Source: Planctomycetales bacterium
GTDB taxonomy: Bacteria > Planctomycetota > Phycisphaerae > SM23-33
Reading direction: 5' to 3'
DNA: 64,000 bases
Assembly: GCA_030612725.1 (NCBI GenBank)
Contig: JAUWNJ010000002.1
Span: forward strand, 64,542 to 128,541
Shown piece by piece: positions 49,218 to 59,033 of this stretch (its first letter is position 1; each line of letters opens with the position of its first letter). Made by a program: the position numbers and the translations under genes. The notes under the pieces are model-generated. The model was not told the origin of the DNA, searched no databases, and worked only from the letters and a program-made list of their open reading frames with translations.

Positions 49218-50050
49218 ACACATCCATTTTCGGCGACAAGATAATCGTGCTCTGGCAGGTGCTGCTGGCCGGTGGGGCCGTTGTTTTCTCGGTTACGTTC
49301 GGGGCGTGGCTGATGGGGCGGAAATGGCGTAAAAAAGGCGAACAACCGCCCAGCCGCGCTCGTCGAGTAGCGGTCTGTACCGCTGTTGCAATCGCGTCGC
49401 TTCTGGGGCTGCCCGTTGTTGTTGGGTTTATGATTACTCTTATTCATATGGAGATGCCTTGCGTTACCTTGCCGGGCGTGGCGATTTTTATCGGATGCAT
49501 CGTAACGTCCAGGCGAATCAGGAGAAACTGGACCAGGAGCATCAAGCCTCAGTTATGGATGATCGGACTTATTTGCGGAATTACCGGCGTTATGTGTTTT
49601 GCTGGGACGCTTGGACGATTTAGAGTATTGGCAAAGCGGCCGATAGATGGAGGCAATCTCAGCGGCATTGGCCACGTACTTGCGCATTATCACGAAGAGC
49701 ACGGCAAGTATCCGGACGATCTTCGCCGTTTGGTAGATGATGGGCGGGACGCACAACTGTTGTTATCAAGATATGGTACTGGGAGTAAAGAAATACCTGA
49801 TCCTCGCCCTGTGCCTTACGATGGCCCTTGTGATCATATTTACATCCGCCTGCCGGAAGATGCGCCGGATGATCTTGTCTGGGTCTGGCAGCCGGTGAAA
49901 TATCACGATAACGAGGGGGGGTTCGTGCTATTCAAAGACGGCCGAGTTCGTTGGTTGACGCCGGAGCGACTCAAGGCGGAAGTCGCCAGAACGCACAAAT
50001 GGCTTGAGACGCACCCGACAACCCAGCCGGCGACAGCGCCTGCGGGATAA
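49214..50050 (+). CDS. Membrane protein with a C-terminal pilin-like/DUF1559-like domain
   Basis: N-terminal TMs; GNLSGIGHVLAHYHEEHGKYPDDL; HDNEGGFVLFKDGRV (H-X9-DG-like). Confidence 0.62.
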   Translation: MNTSIFGDKIIVLWQVLLAGGAVVFSVTFGAWLMGRKWRKKGEQPPSRARRVAVCTAVAIASLLGLPVVVGFMITLIHMEMPCVTLPGVAIFIGCIVTSRRIRRNWTRSIKPQLWMIGLICGITGVMCFAGTLGRFRVLAKRPIDGGNLSGIGHVLAHYHEEHGKYPDDLRRLVDDGRDAQLLLSRYGTGSKEIPDPRPVPYDGPCDHIYIRLPEDAPDDLVWVWQPVKYHDNEGGFVLFKDGRVRWLTPERLKAEVARTHKWLETHPTTQPATAPAG

Positions 50051-50065
50051 CAACGAGGTAACGAA

Positions 50066-51568
50066 ATGACAAAAGTTGATTTTTCCAAACTTCCCAAGCC
50101 GGTTTTGGGCGAGCATCCTGAATGGGTGGAACTTTATTACAAGGCGTGGGAACTGGCGGCTACGCATATCAGGACCGACAAGTCCGGCAGGGCGTACATG
50201 GACGCAGCCTTCGAGCCGTGGGACAATCGCCAATGGGTCTGGGATACGTGCTTTATGAGCCTGTACTGCCGATACGCGCCCGAGCAGTACCCCGGCGTCG
50301 AAAGTCTGGATAACTTCTACGACCGCCAGAGCGACGACGGCTTCATCTCAATGACCTACGACATGGACACGGGTACCGAACCCTGGCCGGGCTATATCAA
50401 TCCTCCGCTGTTCGCCTGGGTCGAATGGGAATACTATCTCAGCACGGGCGACGGTTCGCGTTTCGAGCGCGTCGCGGGCCACATCGAGCGGCTTATGGAC
50501 TGGATCGACGCCAACCGACGCACCGTTCCGCACAGGCGGCGGGCCAGCCGGGATACGAATATCCACGACGTCGGCGAATCGGCCGAGAACTATCAACTGT
50601 ACTACTTCTCCGACTGCGGCGCATCGGGTATGGACGATTCACCGCGCACGCCGCGCATACCAGAGGCCGGTCGATTTTACGACTGGATCGACCTGTCCAG
50701 CCAGATGGCGCTTTCGTTCCGAATGTTGGGGCGGATGCACAATGTGCTCGGCAATTCCGAACGCGCCTCGCACTGGGAAAAACGCGCCGTCGAACTGGGA
50801 GGCCTGATTAACGCCGAATTGTGGTGCGACAGGACGCGGTTCTATCACGACCGGATGCTGCCGAGGAATTTCGTCGCCTCCAAAACGACTGCGGGGTTCT
50901 GGCCGATGCTGGCCTGTATCTGCGACGACGACCGCCTCGACGCACTCGTCGAACACCTGCTCGACGAACATCAGTTCAATCGCCCCACGCCGGTTCCGAC
51001 ACTATCGGCTGACGACCCGAACTACACCCCGAAGGGTGTCTATTGGTGCGGCGGGGTGTGGGCGCCGACGAACTATATGATTGCGCGAGGCCTGATGAAG
51101 GCGGGGCGACCCGACGTGGCGCACGAAATCGCAATGAAATACGTCGGCGCTATCGCGCGAACTTACGCTGACTACCAGCCTAATACATTATGGGAGTGTT
51201 ATTCGCCCGAAGAGGACTTACCCGGTCTGACCGCTTACAGCGGCGAGGCCGTCAAGGGCGATTTCGTCGGGTGGACCGGGTTAGGACCGATCGCCATGCT
51301 TATCGAAAACATCATCGGTATCGACATCGACGTTCCTGACCGGCGGGTCAACTGGGACATTCGCCTGACCGAAGCCCACGGCGTCCGCAGCCTGGGTCTT
51401 GGTGGTCTTGGTCGGGCGGATTTGCTCTGCAAGGCGAGAAAATCCGCGGACGCCCCGGCGGAGGTTGAACTTTCCTGCCATAGCGATTTGACCGTTCGCA
51501 TTACCCGCGGCAGCGTTAGTAAAACCATTGAAGTGCAGAAAGGAGCCGTCGTGTCGGCAACGGTGTGA
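50066..51568 (+). CDS. MGH1/trehalase-like (alpha/alpha)6 glycoside hydrolase (GH63/GH37-like)
   Basis: WVWDTCF, NPPLFAW, SGMDDSPR, YWCGGVWAP, LWECY and FVGWTG. Confidence 0.88.
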   Translation: MTKVDFSKLPKPVLGEHPEWVELYYKAWELAATHIRTDKSGRAYMDAAFEPWDNRQWVWDTCFMSLYCRYAPEQYPGVESLDNFYDRQSDDGFISMTYDMDTGTEPWPGYINPPLFAWVEWEYYLSTGDGSRFERVAGHIERLMDWIDANRRTVPHRRRASRDTNIHDVGESAENYQLYYFSDCGASGMDDSPRTPRIPEAGRFYDWIDLSSQMALSFRMLGRMHNVLGNSERASHWEKRAVELGGLINAELWCDRTRFYHDRMLPRNFVASKTTAGFWPMLACICDDDRLDALVEHLLDEHQFNRPTPVPTLSADDPNYTPKGVYWCGGVWAPTNYMIARGLMKAGRPDVAHEIAMKYVGAIARTYADYQPNTLWECYSPEEDLPGLTAYSGEAVKGDFVGWTGLGPIAMLIENIIGIDIDVPDRRVNWDIRLTEAHGVRSLGLGGLGRADLLCKARKSADAPAEVELSCHSDLTVRITRGSVSKTIEVQKGAVVSATV

Positions 51569-51628
51569 ACTCCGTGCTGTAAAATCGCCCGCAAATGTAA
51601 AAAAAAGCGAAAAATCCGGATTTCCCCC

Positions 51629-51657
51629 TTGACAAAAACAAGATTTTCGGATATATT
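51629..51657 (+). promoter_or_regulatory. Sigma70 promoter upstream of the PEP-CTERM gene
   Basis: TTGACA-N17-TATATT. Confidence 0.7.
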
Positions 51658-51742
51658 TATAGTATCAGCAGCATCGGGGATGCGCTTGGCGATGCTCGAA
51701 GTGCTAACTTTGCCTCGTGAGGAATAAGAAGGAGTGTGGGAA

Positions 51743-52357
51743 ATGCTTAGATCAAGGATTCTGGTTGTTCTGTCGGTGGGATTGTTCATTTCTGCAACGG
51801 CTTCGGCTTCACCCGTTACTTTTGATGGGAATATCGACGTCAACGACTCGTATTTTGCTACGTTGACCGATGGCGACGAGGCCACTGTTCAGAACGATCT
51901 GGACATCAAGTCTGTCGGTTTTGACCTCTATGGCGGATATTTCTGGATGGGTCTGGAAGTCTATACCGGCCCGATGGCGACCGACGGTGGTCCCACGTCG
52001 ATAGCGAATATGACGCTCTTTTACGGAGTTTTTCAGGTCGCGGGTTCCGACGACGTCAATCTTATCGTTATCCTGGACGAAGGTGCGGTATCCAGTGTCC
52101 TCCTCGACGGTACGGAGTTGGTTTCCGGGACGCACTATGAGGCAGTGCTCGGTTTGGGTAACCCCACCGGCGGACTGGAGATAAAGATTGACGACAACCT
52201 CCTGTCGCCGATGAGTTTCACTTTCTTCGGGCAGTTGGATGGTACCGGTTGGGACAACGACGACCAGATCGCCGGTTTCGTAGAGGTTCCCGAACCTGTA
52301 ACGCTGGCGCTGATAGCGATTGGTCTTCCCCTGGTGTTGATTCGTCGCCGACGGTAA
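51743..52357 (+). CDS. PEP-CTERM surface protein (acidic, beta-sandwich-like)
   Basis: Signal peptide; VPEPVTLALIAIGLPLVLIRRRR; AAGGAG RBS. Confidence 0.88.
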   Translation: MLRSRILVVLSVGLFISATASASPVTFDGNIDVNDSYFATLTDGDEATVQNDLDIKSVGFDLYGGYFWMGLEVYTGPMATDGGPTSIANMTLFYGVFQVAGSDDVNLIVILDEGAVSSVLLDGTELVSGTHYEAVLGLGNPTGGLEIKIDDNLLSPMSFTFFGQLDGTGWDNDDQIAGFVEVPEPVTLALIAIGLPLVLIRRRR

Positions 52358-52386
52358 GCGTTGCAACAATACGTAACACGGGCGAG

Positions 52387-53256
52387 TTACCTCGAAAAGG
52401 TGGCTCGCCCTTTTTCTGCGCCGTGATTCTTTCGCCCGGGTCGAAGTATCAGCGTAAAGCCGCCGACAGTGATGATAACCAGCGTCCCCGGTTCGGGAAT
52501 CTGCTGCATTATCCATCCTGAATACGCGCTGACCCTGACGTCGTACCCCCTGTCGCCGTATTCAGGGTAAATTGAGTCGCCGTCAAAGTTCGTGATTCCG
52601 ACGTGGATTCCGACGATCTTCAGCCCGCCTGCTTCGGCGACAAAAGAAGGTCCGCCGGAATCGCCTTTCGCTATCATGGACTCGGTTGTTCCTTCGGGCG
52701 GACTTCCCCCTCCGTCGGCGGGTTCGTCGAAATCGAACATAAGGAAGCCGGAGATGGTACTGTCAATCCGATTTCCACCATAGCGTCCGGTTCCCCTTGG
52801 GTATTGACCCGGTTCGGGCATACCGGTTCCACTCTCGCCGAATCCGACGATAATGATCTCGCTGCCAAGTTCGTTCGTCCGGGAATTAACCTGGTATCCG
52901 GGCAGGCCGGTGCTCCTGTCCAGACGGACGACGGCAAGGTCTTTATAGGGGTGAACATATTTCTCGACCAGGCTGAACGTTTCGGAGCCGGAGGCGGTGT
53001 ACAACGTGAAGGTATGTCCGGAAATATTTTCAACGGCATGTTTCGCGGTCAGAATGTGAACCGGACTGATCAGTACGCCGGTCGTTCCCCCAGCCGAGGA
53101 AAGATACCCGACGCCTTCCAGCCCGGGCATCAAGTCGTACCGGTGATAGGCAGGGTCGTCGCAAACTACAATGGCCGACGAATGAGCGGGAAATGCACAA
53201 ATCACCGCGAGGAACGCCAGGGTTCCGCAAATCCATGGGTATAAATCGCTTCTCAT
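52387..53256 (-). CDS. Trypsin-like serine protease with PEP-CTERM
   Basis: LTAKH, DLAVV and GDSGGP triad motifs; IPEPGTLVIITVGGFTLILRPGRK. Confidence 0.9.
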   Translation of the reverse strand: MRSDLYPWICGTLAFLAVICAFPAHSSAIVVCDDPAYHRYDLMPGLEGVGYLSSAGGTTGVLISPVHILTAKHAVENISGHTFTLYTASGSETFSLVEKYVHPYKDLAVVRLDRSTGLPGYQVNSRTNELGSEIIIVGFGESGTGMPEPGQYPRGTGRYGGNRIDSTISGFLMFDFDEPADGGGSPPEGTTESMIAKGDSGGPSFVAEAGGLKIVGIHVGITNFDGDSIYPEYGDRGYDVRVSAYSGWIMQQIPEPGTLVIITVGGFTLILRPGRKNHGAEKGRATFSR

Positions 53257-53388
53257 TTTCTAAACCTCCGGGGGCCTTGAAGCCTGATTACTCCGACAGT
53301 ACCGGGCTTATGGGTATATCGGCAGTAGAGGAGGGTCAGTTTGCTAACAGTTGGTACATAAAATGGGGGCAGGCCACCTTGATCGCGC

Positions 53389-53529
53389 TGTGTTCGCGTT
53401 TGCGCGCGCAAACGCGAACGTAAAAATCGGAGGAAATGAAAATTCCAAAAAAACTTTTCCCAAGGCCACCAAGGACTTATGGCGTCGCTATCCGTTTTGT
53501 GTTCGCGTTTGCGCGCGCAAACGCGAACG
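53389..53529. repeat. Two direct copies of a 32-bp unit containing a perfect 28-bp palindrome
   Basis: GTTCGCGTTTGCGCGCGCAAACGCGAAC at 53392-53419 and 53501-53528. Confidence 0.92.
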
Positions 53530-53550
53530 CAAAAGTTAATACGGAGAGAA

Positions 53551-53582
53551 TAGGGACTAGGGACTTGGGACTAGGGACTTGG
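53551..53582 (+). repeat. Heptamer run TWGGGAC x4.5
   Basis: tagggac-tagggac-ttgggac-tagggac-ttgg. Confidence 0.85.
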
Positions 53583-53710
53583 AAAAAAGAAACAGATGGG
53601 CCGTTTAGGCAAGATGGGCAAAATAGGCAATGGCGGATTTTTTAAAATGGGCGTAAAAATGACACTAAAATACGCAAATCTATGCACGCCAAGGAGTTAT
53701 GGGTTTTGCA

Positions 53711-53820
53711 ATTTTTCCCAATTGTTCCGAATCGTTCCCAATCGTTCCGAATCGTTCCCAATCGTTCCCAATCGTTCCCAATTGTTCCGAATTGTTCCGT
53801 TTCGTTCCGTTTCGTTCCAC
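53711..53820 (+). repeat. Decamer tandem repeat ATYGTTCCSA x11
   Basis: Eleven consecutive 10-nt units that degenerate at both ends. Confidence 0.92.
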
Positions 53821-53892
53821 AACGGCGTGGCCCGATTCCGGTATCCGCCTGTGTGCGGCTCGAAAGAAGCGAGGGCCAGCCTGTCGCCAAAG

Positions 53893-54354
53893 TTACATAT
53901 CTTCGTGGTCAATAAGCATGAAGCCGCGTTTTGTCAATATCTGAGCGGACAGGACGTGGTCGTCGGTGTGAAAGACCAGCACCGGATAATCGTTGTGCCG
54001 GAGGAACAGCGGATAGGCAAACTGGATGTTCAGTTCGGCGGCAACGAGCGCCTTGCAGACCTGGCTGAGCGTGTCGATATCGTGCAATGCGACGGCCAGT
54101 ACGTCGGATTCGGTGAATGCCGCACCGGCGTCGATGAGTTTCACACGCGCCTTACCGACGTCGGTGAAGATCATGCGCACCACAGCCCAGTCTGCGGAAT
54201 CCACCACGGACAGACCTGCAATTTCAACGTCGGCTTCGTCCAGAGTAGTAAGCATCTTGCTCAATCTTCCGACGCGGTTGGGCATGAAGATATTGAACTG
54301 GCGGATGGACGGGGTTTCGTACGCTCGCTCGATTTGAGGTCCGGACATGGCCAT
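53893..54354 (-). CDS. Tandem ACT-domain protein
   Basis: IRQFNIFMPNRVGRL...LSVVDSADWAVVR...AELNIQFAYP. Confidence 0.85.
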   Translation of the reverse strand: MAMSGPQIERAYETPSIRQFNIFMPNRVGRLSKMLTTLDEADVEIAGLSVVDSADWAVVRMIFTDVGKARVKLIDAGAAFTESDVLAVALHDIDTLSQVCKALVAAELNIQFAYPLFLRHNDYPVLVFHTDDHVLSAQILTKRGFMLIDHEDM

Positions 54355-54432
54355 AACGAGAGATACTATAACCTCAAAAGGTCTGAAAGCAAAGACAGCA
54401 AGAGATTTTTCTTTCAGCGGGTGATGGTTTTT

Positions 54433-55098
54433 TTAATGTATAAGCGCTTTTACGCCCAGCGCGATACCCATGACGGTTACTGCTACTCCGCATAGACCGT
54501 TGGCGATTCTGAAAAATGTCGGTCCGATTTTCTGCGGCCTGAGGCGGACAAGCACAGTAATGAAAGCGAACCAACATGTCATTCCACATGAAACGGCGGC
54601 TACTCCGAGCCACATTCCCACGCTTCCCGCTGATACATCGGCTCCCTGGAGCCAGGCCGGTCCGACTCCCACCCACCAGAGAAACGTGGCAGGATTCAGG
54701 AACGTCAGAATAGCGCCGGTCAAGAGGTCTCCCCCGACACCTGTGCGTCGATGTCGCATTCGTTCGGCGCGGATGGCGGCCTGGACTCGTCGGGACGGAA
54801 CAACCGCCTTGCGAAGGATGAACAGTCCAAGAAGCAGGATGATACAGGCAGCGGGCAGCTCCACGTACTGCCGGATCGAATCGACGTCCGTGTATTTCAA
54901 GAGCGTGCTTCCGCCCCACATCACCAGGACCACTTCGCAGGTTTCGAAGGCTACCGATCCGATACCGACCCACATGGTCCTCGTCCAGTGCATCACCAGT
55001 CCGCGACGAATGGCGATCATATTGACCGGACCGACGACGGGCGCCGCCGCCATCAGACCCAATCCGAACGCCCATGCTAGAACTAAAATACTCGGCAC
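54433..55098 (-). CDS. LysE-family translocator
   Basis: APVVGPVN..IRRG and LTFLNPATFLWW. Confidence 0.85.
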   Translation of the reverse strand: MPSILVLAWAFGLGLMAAAPVVGPVNMIAIRRGLVMHWTRTMWVGIGSVAFETCEVVLVMWGGSTLLKYTDVDSIRQYVELPAACIILLLGLFILRKAVVPSRRVQAAIRAERMRHRRTGVGGDLLTGAILTFLNPATFLWWVGVGPAWLQGADVSAGSVGMWLGVAAVSCGMTCWFAFITVLVRLRPQKIGPTFFRIANGLCGVAVTVMGIALGVKALIH

Positions 55099-55294
55099 GT
55101 CTTTTTCGCTCCTGAAAAGTTCCGGCTATGCTAACCGCTGACGACACAATAAAAAAGAGCGAGTCCACGAATTACCCAAATTTTGTAAATCAGTAATTCA
55201 CGATTCCGTTACCAATTACCAACCCGCAGACTGTTTTTTCGATTTCGGAGGCGTTATGATGTCGGTACTGAAGTTTTGTGAGCAGCAGGGATGA

Positions 55295-56284
55295 ATGAGC
55301 GTGAAACTGTCTGGTAAGTATCAGAAGAGATGGGTTCTTGTCGGCTTGTGCCTTTTCGGTGTGGTGCTGATGCTTCCACCGGCGGGAAGTGTGCGGGGGT
55401 TTTGTCGTCGTGCTGCCCGTCCCGTTCTGGTTCCGATGAGTATCTTCGGCTCGCATGTTACCGTTCATCTTCGTTCGCGTATGGACGAAATGACGGTATC
55501 GTCGTCGTCCGACGCCGATGAGCGGGCCCAGGCCTTTCGCGGGCAGATACTACTGATGCGGCAGATGATCGAAGACCAGCGCCGAGAAATTCGGACGCTC
55601 ACTAATTGGAACGGTACACTTGAAGGATTCAGGTGCCGTCTGCTTCCCGCGCGCGTTATCGCCGCCGATCCTTTGTCGCTGCGCAACCGCCGACTTATCG
55701 GCGTCGGCAGTCGCAAGAGCGTCGGGCCTGGTGACCTTGTAACCACACGTCGGATAATTCACGAATCCGCCGCGCCGCTGCCGGACAAACTCACCGTCCT
55801 GGGACGAAATTACGTCGTCGGGTGCGTCAGTAACTCGTCAGTCTGTTCGGCGACGCTGACGCTTGTAACGGATCCGCATTTTAAGGCTTCAGCCAAACTT
55901 TGGCGCATGGTCGAGCCGGGCAGGCAGCGAACTATTTTTCTGACCGTCAAGACCGGCGGGGTGGAGAAGCGGACCTTCAAGCACAGCCGAACTACTCCCG
56001 GACCTGAACCTGTTGGGAATCCCATTCCCGTCGAGGCAATCGGTAACGGGCGTGAGGTCGTGCTGGAGCACGTGCCTTCCAATCACAACGTGCGAGCCGG
56101 GGACATCCTTACGTCGGCCGGTTCGTCGGGTCTGTTTCCCCTTGGTCTGACCATAGGCCGAGTCAGTCGGGTTGAACGGGACAAAAACGACGCCCATTTC
56201 GTTATGGTGTTTGTGGAACCCCTTGGAGATTTGCGGCGACTTCAAAATGTGTATATTGTTCTTCCTGATCGAGGTACGGATTGA
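55295..56284 (+). CDS. mreC: Rod shape-determining protein MreC
   Basis: N-terminal TM, coiled coil, PARVIA, GDILTSAG...FPLGLTIGRV; first gene of mreC-mreD-mrdA-rodA. Confidence 0.85.
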   Translation: MSVKLSGKYQKRWVLVGLCLFGVVLMLPPAGSVRGFCRRAARPVLVPMSIFGSHVTVHLRSRMDEMTVSSSSDADERAQAFRGQILLMRQMIEDQRREIRTLTNWNGTLEGFRCRLLPARVIAADPLSLRNRRLIGVGSRKSVGPGDLVTTRRIIHESAAPLPDKLTVLGRNYVVGCVSNSSVCSATLTLVTDPHFKASAKLWRMVEPGRQRTIFLTVKTGGVEKRTFKHSRTTPGPEPVGNPIPVEAIGNGREVVLEHVPSNHNVRAGDILTSAGSSGLFPLGLTIGRVSRVERDKNDAHFVMVFVEPLGDLRRLQNVYIVLPDRGTD

Positions 56285-56327
56285 TACTGCAACACAACTT
56301 TGTTTTTATGGAACAACAGGGATATGC

Positions 56328-56453
56328 GAAATACGAATATCGAAATCCGAATGTTCAAAACATCTACGGTAAGACCTGCCGGACGGTGTTTTGGAGATTC
56401 AAATTTGGGTCATTTGATATTGTTTTGAATTTCGAGATTCGGATTTCGGATTT
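56328..56453. repeat. Empty AAATCCG-family inverted element between mreC and mreD
   Basis: gaaatacgaatatcgaaatccgaatg ... gaatttcgagattcggatttcggattt. Confidence 0.8.
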
Positions 56454-56534
56454 AAAAAACTTGCACAAGGCAATTGATTACAGCGTTTTACAGACAAAAT
56501 CCTTTGCCAAGTTGCATCGTGGGATTAAATAACA

Positions 56535-57074
56535 ATGAGATGGTATCATTTTATAATTCTGGTGTTTGTCGCTGTGGTTGGCGTTGTCGTGCAATCGACG
56601 GCGGGGCAGTTGTTGTGGTTTCGCACGGAGTTAGGATGGGTCGGCCCTGAACTGCTCGCAGCGGTGGCAGTGTTCATAGCATTGTATGCCACAAGCGCTA
56701 CTGATGCGGCATTGTCCGGGTGGATACTGGGATTCGCGGTGGACCTGAGCGTCGGTGGATCGAGCATGGGATTGTTGGCGTTGCTGTACGCTGCCGGTTG
56801 CTGGGGGATATTCCGCATTCGGGAGGTCTTTTTCCGCGACCGGATGATGACACAGATAATCATTGGGTTTATTTTTTGCGTGTTTGTTTATGAATTGTGG
56901 ACGGTCTATGACATCATGGTCGGCGGAAGGGCGTCTGGTGAGTATTTCCGACCGGCCCTTCAGGCATTGGGATTGTCGATTTATACTGCGGTGTTGACTC
57001 CTCCGGTATGTGCGCTGTTAAAACGCCTGCGAGGATTTGTGCTTCCCATGCCGCCGATTCGTGAAAGAAGATAA
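56535..57074 (+). CDS. mreD: Rod shape-determining protein MreD
   Basis: Small polytopic protein with GWILGFAVDL and YTAVLTP; synteny. Confidence 0.85.
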   Translation: MRWYHFIILVFVAVVGVVVQSTAGQLLWFRTELGWVGPELLAAVAVFIALYATSATDAALSGWILGFAVDLSVGGSSMGLLALLYAAGCWGIFRIREVFFRDRMMTQIIIGFIFCVFVYELWTVYDIMVGGRASGEYFRPALQALGLSIYTAVLTPPVCALLKRLRGFVLPMPPIRERR

Positions 57075-57077
57075 TTA

Positions 57078-59018
57078 ATGTATGAGCGCCGCCTGAAAAT
57101 ATTTCTGATAGTGGTGGTGGTCGCCATATTTGTAATCGTAGGCCGGCTCGCCCATTTACAGTTGATCCAGGGTGAGCAATACCGCCGCCGGGCGGGTGAA
57201 CTGCTGATTTACGGTAATTTGCTTCCGACGGTTCGGGGAAAGATACTGGACCGCATGGGGCGGGTGTTGGCTTACGACAAACCTTGCTTTGATTTTTGCC
57301 TGGACTATCGCATGTTGAAGGGCCCTGGTTCGACCGCCGCTGAGCGCAGGGCCTACAAGCGTTGGGTCCGTGGCCGGGTTCGTGAAATACGCAAGCGCGA
57401 GAAGGTTTCCAGGCAGCGGGCGGAGGAGATTTTCGAGCGTCGCTACGAGCAGACGTGGGAACTGTCAGCCGAACTGACCGGGGCGACGCGAAACGAGATA
57501 TTCCGCAAAGCCGAGAATGCCGTTCGCCGCATCGAGGCGATTCGACGCGGCGTCGGCGGACCGATTCGAGAGGAGAACCTCGCCCATGCCGTGGTTCCGG
57601 GTCTGAATGAAGCCACAGCAGTGAAGGTCAGGGCGCGTCTCGACGAGATGATCGGCGCTTCGGTTCACCCGTCGCATCAACGATGGTATCCACGCGGACA
57701 TGATGCCTGTCACATCGTCGGGCGGCTCAGGCCGTTGAAGGCCGAAGAGGTCCGCCAGGCCCGCGCAATATGGAAAACCGATGTCCCCATAGAGGCGAAA
57801 TTGGCCGGTAATCTCTCCGGCGACCTTGTCGGTTCCGTCGGTATCGAGAGGCTTTGCGAGGGTTTGCTTCGAGGAAGCAGGGGATATCGTCGTGGCCGGC
57901 GAACCGGTCGGATGCTCAATGAAGTTCATGCCCGCTTCGGTTCGGACGTGCATCTTACGATTGATATTGAACTTCAACAGGCATTGGCCGGTCTCCTCGG
58001 CAGGCCCGGCGCGATCGTGGTACTGGACGTTCCGACCGGAGAGGTGCTGGCGATGGTGTCGCTTCCGACCTATGACGTGAACACCTACCGGCGCGAGTAT
58101 GACCGGCTTAGCAGGGACCAGGTTCGTCTGCCGTTGTGGGATCGGACAGTGGCGATTCGTTATCCGCCCGGTTCGACGGTCAAGCCCCTGGCTGCACTGG
58201 CAGGTCTTGAGACCGGCGTAATTACGCCGGAGAAAACATTTCACTGCAAGGGATACCTTCACAACCCCCATGCCTTCCGCTGCTGGATATGGAAGTATCA
58301 CCGGGGGCACGGCGATTTGAACGTGGTAGGCGCTCTTGAGCAGAGTTGCAACGTATTTTTCTACAATGTTGGTGAACGCCTTGGTGTTCGGCGTCAGGTT
58401 GAGTGGTTGGGTAAGTTCGGTTTTGCCGACAGGCCGGGAACGCTGCTGCCGGGGGAGCGCAAAGGGCTATTGCCCGATCCCCGTCGCGTTCGTAACGTCG
58501 GCGAGGCCCGTCAACTTGCCATTGGTCAGGGGCAGGCAGAAGTAACGCCCATGCACGTAGCCAACGCCATGGCGACTATCGCCCGCGACGGGGAGTTTCG
58601 CTCGCCGCTGCTGGTGCGAGAGTTGAAGAGCAAGCAGCAAGTCCGTCGCATTCCGGTATCGGCTGAACACTTCAGACTGGTGAAGGAGGGGTTATATAAG
58701 GTTGTCAATTCCCCTCATGGCACTGCCTATAAGCATGCACGTGATACTGATATTGAGATTTGCGGTAAGACGGGCACAGCCGAGACGCCTGACCGGCGGA
58801 TCAGGATTGATTCCGACGGCGACGGGAAACTCGACCGCTGGGGGCCGGCTGTTTGCACCGGCGACACCGCGTGGTTCGCCGGTTTCGCGCCGTATCGAAA
58901 TCCGCGAATCGCTTTCGTGGTGATGATCGAATACTCCGACACCGGCGGCGGGCAGACTTGCGGACCGATTGGGAGACAGGTCGTAAGACTATGCCGGGCC
59001 TTCGGGTATCTGAAATGA
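57078..59018 (+). CDS. mrdA: Penicillin-binding protein 2 (class B)
   Basis: RGKILDR; SxxK (GSTVK), SCN and KTG motifs; located between mreD and rodA. Confidence 0.92.
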   Translation: MYERRLKIFLIVVVVAIFVIVGRLAHLQLIQGEQYRRRAGELLIYGNLLPTVRGKILDRMGRVLAYDKPCFDFCLDYRMLKGPGSTAAERRAYKRWVRGRVREIRKREKVSRQRAEEIFERRYEQTWELSAELTGATRNEIFRKAENAVRRIEAIRRGVGGPIREENLAHAVVPGLNEATAVKVRARLDEMIGASVHPSHQRWYPRGHDACHIVGRLRPLKAEEVRQARAIWKTDVPIEAKLAGNLSGDLVGSVGIERLCEGLLRGSRGYRRGRRTGRMLNEVHARFGSDVHLTIDIELQQALAGLLGRPGAIVVLDVPTGEVLAMVSLPTYDVNTYRREYDRLSRDQVRLPLWDRTVAIRYPPGSTVKPLAALAGLETGVITPEKTFHCKGYLHNPHAFRCWIWKYHRGHGDLNVVGALEQSCNVFFYNVGERLGVRRQVEWLGKFGFADRPGTLLPGERKGLLPDPRRVRNVGEARQLAIGQGQAEVTPMHVANAMATIARDGEFRSPLLVRELKSKQQVRRIPVSAEHFRLVKEGLYKVVNSPHGTAYKHARDTDIEICGKTGTAETPDRRIRIDSDGDGKLDRWGPAVCTGDTAWFAGFAPYRNPRIAFVVMIEYSDTGGGQTCGPIGRQVVRLCRAFGYLK

Positions 59019-59033
59019 ATGAAATCATTACGC

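Noticed and set aside
53389..53820. Possible CRISPR array
   Set aside because: Only two palindromic units with a 77-bp spacer, the decamer array has no spacers, and there are no cas genes in the window.
53436..54495. ORFs with repetitive peptides (RIVPNRSQ, FAFARANAN)
   Set aside because: Translations of DNA repeats or antisense to the ACT gene; no independent evidence of coding.
56281..56532. Short ORFs such as 56281-56532, 42723-42941 and 58801-59121 (FRISDF / SKIRISKSE peptides)
   Set aside because: Artefactual translations of heptamer element arms.
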